This document shows positions 63,199-64,000 of a stretch of 64,000 nucleotides of DNA, in pieces. The stretch covers positions 3,352-67,351 of the forward strand of contig JBJEKW010000081.1 in assembly GCA_051878835.1 (NCBI GenBank), written 5' to 3'. Position 1 is the stretch's first letter. Each line of letters begins with the position of its first letter. The stretch comes from Atopobiaceae bacterium (lineage in GTDB: Bacteria > Actinomycetota > Coriobacteriia > Coriobacteriales > Atopobiaceae). The notes under the pieces are model-generated. The model was not told the DNA's origin. It saw only the letters and a list, made by a program, of their open reading frames with translations, and ran no database searches. Position numbers and translations under genes: made by a program.

Positions 63199-63273
63199 AA
63201 CCGTTGGGTGAGGACCCACTCGCACAGTCCCACAAACGAAGCTCACAACGCACCCATCATCGGAGGCTCTGAA

Positions 63274-64000
63274 GTGATTTGTCCCACCTGCGGCACGCAC
63301 GTGCCGGACGACGCCACCGTCTGCCCCGCGTGCCACGCGCGGCTCCAGACGCGGCGCGAACCCGCGCAGCGCGAGGGGGTGTTCTGCAAGAACTGCGGCG
63401 CCCTGGTACCACCAGGGCGCATCACCTGCCCCAGCTGCGGGTTCCCCCTGGACGACGACCTGGTCGAGAGCGTCATCGAGCACGAGGCGGGGGAGGCAAA
63501 GCCCAAGCCCGCCGCCAGGCGCGTCAAGGTGGCGCAGCCCGAGAGCGTCATCCCGGCAAAGCCGAAGGACGGCTATCGCTCCGCCTCGCCGAAGGAGCAC
63601 ATGCCGCACTACCGCGTGGTCCTGACCGCGGCCCTGTGCGCGCTTCTGGCGGTGGGCGGCACCGTGCTGGCAATCACGCAGCCGTGGAACCCGAACGCCA
63701 GCGTGCGGCACGCCACGACGGATGCCGACACGTCCATGGCGGGCTATCCCGGCGAGGTCACCTACCTCAGCGGGCAGGACAAGACCGCCACGCAAGAAGA
63801 GAGCACGGGCACCGACCCCTACTTCGAGGAGGTGTCCAACTTCTACGACACGCTGGGCACCATCTCGTCGAAGGCCGACGACAACGAGACGCTCCTGCGC
63901 GACATCGTCGCCGGCAAGGGCGGGGACGTGACCCAGGGTTCGGAGGCGGCAAAGCAGCTGTCGCTGGACCTCAGCAACGCCATGTCGGACTTCTCCCAGA
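63274..64000 (+). CDS. Zinc-ribbon domain membrane protein, 3' end truncated by the window
   Basis: A GTG start follows GGAGG. Two zinc-ribbon units are present (CPTCGTHVPDDATVCPAC and CKNCGALVPPGRITCPSC), then a TM segment YRVVLTAALCALLAVGGTVLAI. The frame is open to the window end. Confidence 0.6.
   Translation, partial: MICPTCGTHVPDDATVCPACHARLQTRREPAQREGVFCKNCGALVPPGRITCPSCGFPLDDDLVESVIEHEAGEAKPKPAARRVKVAQPESVIPAKPKDGYRSASPKEHMPHYRVVLTAALCALLAVGGTVLAITQPWNPNASVRHATTDADTSMAGYPGEVTYLSGQDKTATQEESTGTDPYFEEVSNFYDTLGTISSKADDNETLLRDIVAGKGGDVTQGSEAAKQLSLDLSNAMSDFSQ

Overview
The window has two parts. Positions 1 to about 13,300 form an accessory island that looks lower in GC by eye (roughly 50% against mid-60s for the rest; not computed).

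The island holds the trailer end of a CRISPR array, cas2, an RT-Cas1 fusion and cas6 on the opposite strand. It also holds a complete type III-B effector operon: cmr1, cas10/cmr2 without an HD domain, cmr3, cmr4, cmr5 and cmr6. A 663-aa membrane protein with CorA-like topology follows cmr6 directly and is the only visible candidate ancillary effector. I recognise no CARF or SAVED protein, ring nuclease, NrN or SAM-lyase-like gene, and no regulator. The operon is followed by about 1.3 kb with no convincing CDS but with conspicuous hairpin repeats.

The remaining ~50 kb is high-GC housekeeping chromosome, plausibly from an anaerobic Actinomycetota or Coriobacteriia-like organism (inference only). 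It contains:
- an L,D-transpeptidase, a TrmH-family methyltransferase and ftsH
- a T-box leader with ileS, then lspA, rluD, a GT2 glycosyltransferase and guaB
- an orphan glycyl-radical enzyme, cysE and leuS
- a proline/opine-dehydrogenase-like iron-sulfur flavoprotein cluster with an OCD-family enzyme
- an AraC regulator, and a P-II protein paired with an APC permease
- trpS, a DUF45 hydrolase and 5-formyl-THF cyclo-ligase
- a 9-kb aromatic amino-acid supraoperon with two gene fusions (EIIB-like-AroQ and AroE-AroK)
- a DnaQ-BRCT exonuclease
- a 1.1-kb intergenic region filled with a 52-bp-periodic palindromic repeat array
- cysK, tRNA-Arg(CCG), a P-type ATPase, acnA and a truncated zinc-ribbon protein

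Many long ORFs in the track are antisense shadow ORFs typical of high-GC DNA and were rejected.

The best candidates for something new are the CorA-like effector with its HD-less Cas10 and an RT whose catalytic motif reads YADN, the GGGTACCC-centred 52-bp array, and the EIIB-AroQ fusion. No database search was possible, so all calls rest on motifs read from the translations and the nucleotide sequence.
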